Assembly (NCBI GenBank): GCA_049472335.1
Contig: JBLIRO010000024.1
Coordinates: 1-62,246, forward strand
Direction of reading: 5' to 3'
Source of the DNA: a bacterium
Lineage (GTDB): Bacteria; SZUA-182; DTGQ01; JAFGSM01
DNA length: 62,246 bases
Shown piece after piece: positions 60,861 to 62,246 of the stretch (its first letter is position 1; every line of letters starts with the position of its first letter). The translations under genes were made by a program, and so were the position numbers. The notes under the pieces are model-generated. The model was not told where the DNA came from. It saw nothing but the letters and a program-made list of their open reading frames with translations, and ran no database searches.

Positions 60861-61110
60861 ATAAAATAGATATTTATTATTCTTATTTATTTGTTATTCT
60901 CACTTATTGATTAATCGGGCCGCTTGCTGGACTCTTTGTAGTAGATGTATAAAACCTCATATTTCAAATCCGGCTTCCTCTTAAGTTTCTGCTGATTAAT
61001 AAAGATCATAAGTGACTGCTTATTGTGATAGGCCCTTGTGATGTTTTATATAAAAGGTTTGTAAGGGATTTTTTGTATATCAACCTTATTAAATATAGGG
61101 AGGGAGCACA

Positions 61111-62246
61111 ATGAAAAAGGCAGCATTAGTAACTGTTTTTATTACATTATGCCTTTTTTTGCTTTTATTTTACAGCAAGGCATATACCCAACAGAGAACA
61201 ACACAAGTGGATCTTTCCTGGATACTTAACCAATACTATCAATCCACTTTCACTTCATACCCTTTCCCAACTGCATCTTACCCGCCGATTCAATTTTCAC
61301 CTTTTCAACCTCCAACAATGACTTTTTTGACAATTCCCAACATACCCGATTATTCCTTTCTTTTTGGGAACAACTGGAATCTATGGCAAATCTTTGGTGT
61401 TAATAATTCAGTTTATCCTTTCCTTTTCACTAAAAAGGATTCCAAATCATCAAAATCAGGCCAGGAAAGGACCCTGGATTCAACAATCAAATTTTCCGCT
61501 AAAACTGGCAAATCTACTTATGATAAGGCGGAGTTTATAGAAATCACTTTTATGTTTGAAAATAATGGTTCCAAAGAGGTAATTATCGAGTTCACGTCCG
61601 AACAAAAATTCGATGTAACAGTAAAAGAAGAGTCCGGAGAGATTGTACGCCGGCTTTTTTTAGATACTCAGGATGTTCAGCCCTCAACCACTCTGACGTT
61701 ACAGCCCGATGGGACCGAGACCTTTTACCTTCAATGGAACCAGGAAGATAATGATGGCATGATTGTGCCATCAGGGACCTATACCATTGATATTTCATTA
61801 TCCGCTGTTGACCAGGGATATCAAAAAACCGTTTCTATTACTGCGTCTATTAAGGACCTCCCCAGATTCCCTGACTGCAAAAAACTAAAGGAGAGATTGA
61901 AGGAATTGCGGGATAAAATAGATCCACCTAGTACTCTTAGTCAGAGTAATGGTGGTGGCTCAGGTGCCTCGAGAGTAACCGTGCCTTATGCAAGTCTTAT
62001 CGGTGGTCTATATGGTTATGCTATGGCCGCTCCATTCGGAGGTTATGGTTATGGAGGATTTTCAAATATTTTTAGCGGCGGTCTGGGAGGTTATACCGGA
62101 AGCGGGGGATACGCATTGAACAGCTTTGGCACAAGCCTATATGGAGGTTATGCCGGTTTTGGAGGATACGCATTGAGCAGCTTCGGTACAACAGGTCTAT
62201 CAGGTCTATATGGAGGTTATGCCGGTACCGGCGGATACGCATTTTC
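61111..62246 (+). CDS. Secreted protein with BsuPI-like (proteinase inhibitor) domain and G/Y-rich region, runs off the window edge
   Basis: Not in the ORF track; GGGAGGGAG RBS, ATG 61111, signal peptide MKKAALVTVF; IEFTSEQKFDVTV..LQPDGTETFYLQWNQEDNDGMIVPSGTY; LPRFPDC; GGYAG repeats. Confidence 0.8.
   Translation, partial: MKKAALVTVFITLCLFLLLFYSKAYTQQRTTQVDLSWILNQYYQSTFTSYPFPTASYPPIQFSPFQPPTMTFLTIPNIPDYSFLFGNNWNLWQIFGVNNSVYPFLFTKKDSKSSKSGQERTLDSTIKFSAKTGKSTYDKAEFIEITFMFENNGSKEVIIEFTSEQKFDVTVKEESGEIVRRLFLDTQDVQPSTTLTLQPDGTETFYLQWNQEDNDGMIVPSGTYTIDISLSAVDQGYQKTVSITASIKDLPRFPDCKKLKERLKELRDKIDPPSTLSQSNGGGSGASRVTVPYASLIGGLYGYAMAAPFGGYGYGGFSNIFSGGLGGYTGSGGYALNSFGTSLYGGYAGFGGYALSSFGTTGLSGLYGGYAGTGGYAF

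Overview
AT-rich bacterial window, probably from an uncultured diderm anaerobe. TGA is used as a normal stop, as shown by several ATGA/GTGA gene overlaps. The window is dominated by large secreted or surface proteins: two thioester-family (alpha-2-macroglobulin/TEP) genes, two MopE-repeat paralogues, a subtilase, a vWA protein, a BsuPI-domain protein, lipoproteins and beta-barrels. It also holds a CBM48-linked ECF sigma operon, an Mrp gene with a sigma54 regulator, a CHAT-STAND-TPR module, several toxin-antitoxin genes, a hydantoinase/oxoprolinase pair and a RAYT. Top finding: ORFs 47392-51765 and 51784-53217 read as one in-frame macroglobulin gene. Its single TGA sits exactly at the thioester cysteine (G-*-F-C-Q versus the usual G-C-x-E-Q) and is followed by a bacterial SECIS-like hairpin, making it a candidate selenocysteine macroglobulin. 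Also notable are a circularly permuted gamma-carbonic anhydrase bounded by a 6-bp direct repeat, a second macroglobulin with the complement-C3-type catalytic His-x-Glu motif, and an ECF promoter duplicated in front of a secreted poly-CxxC protein. No rRNA, tRNA or CRISPR array was seen. All family assignments are by motif recognition; no searches were run.
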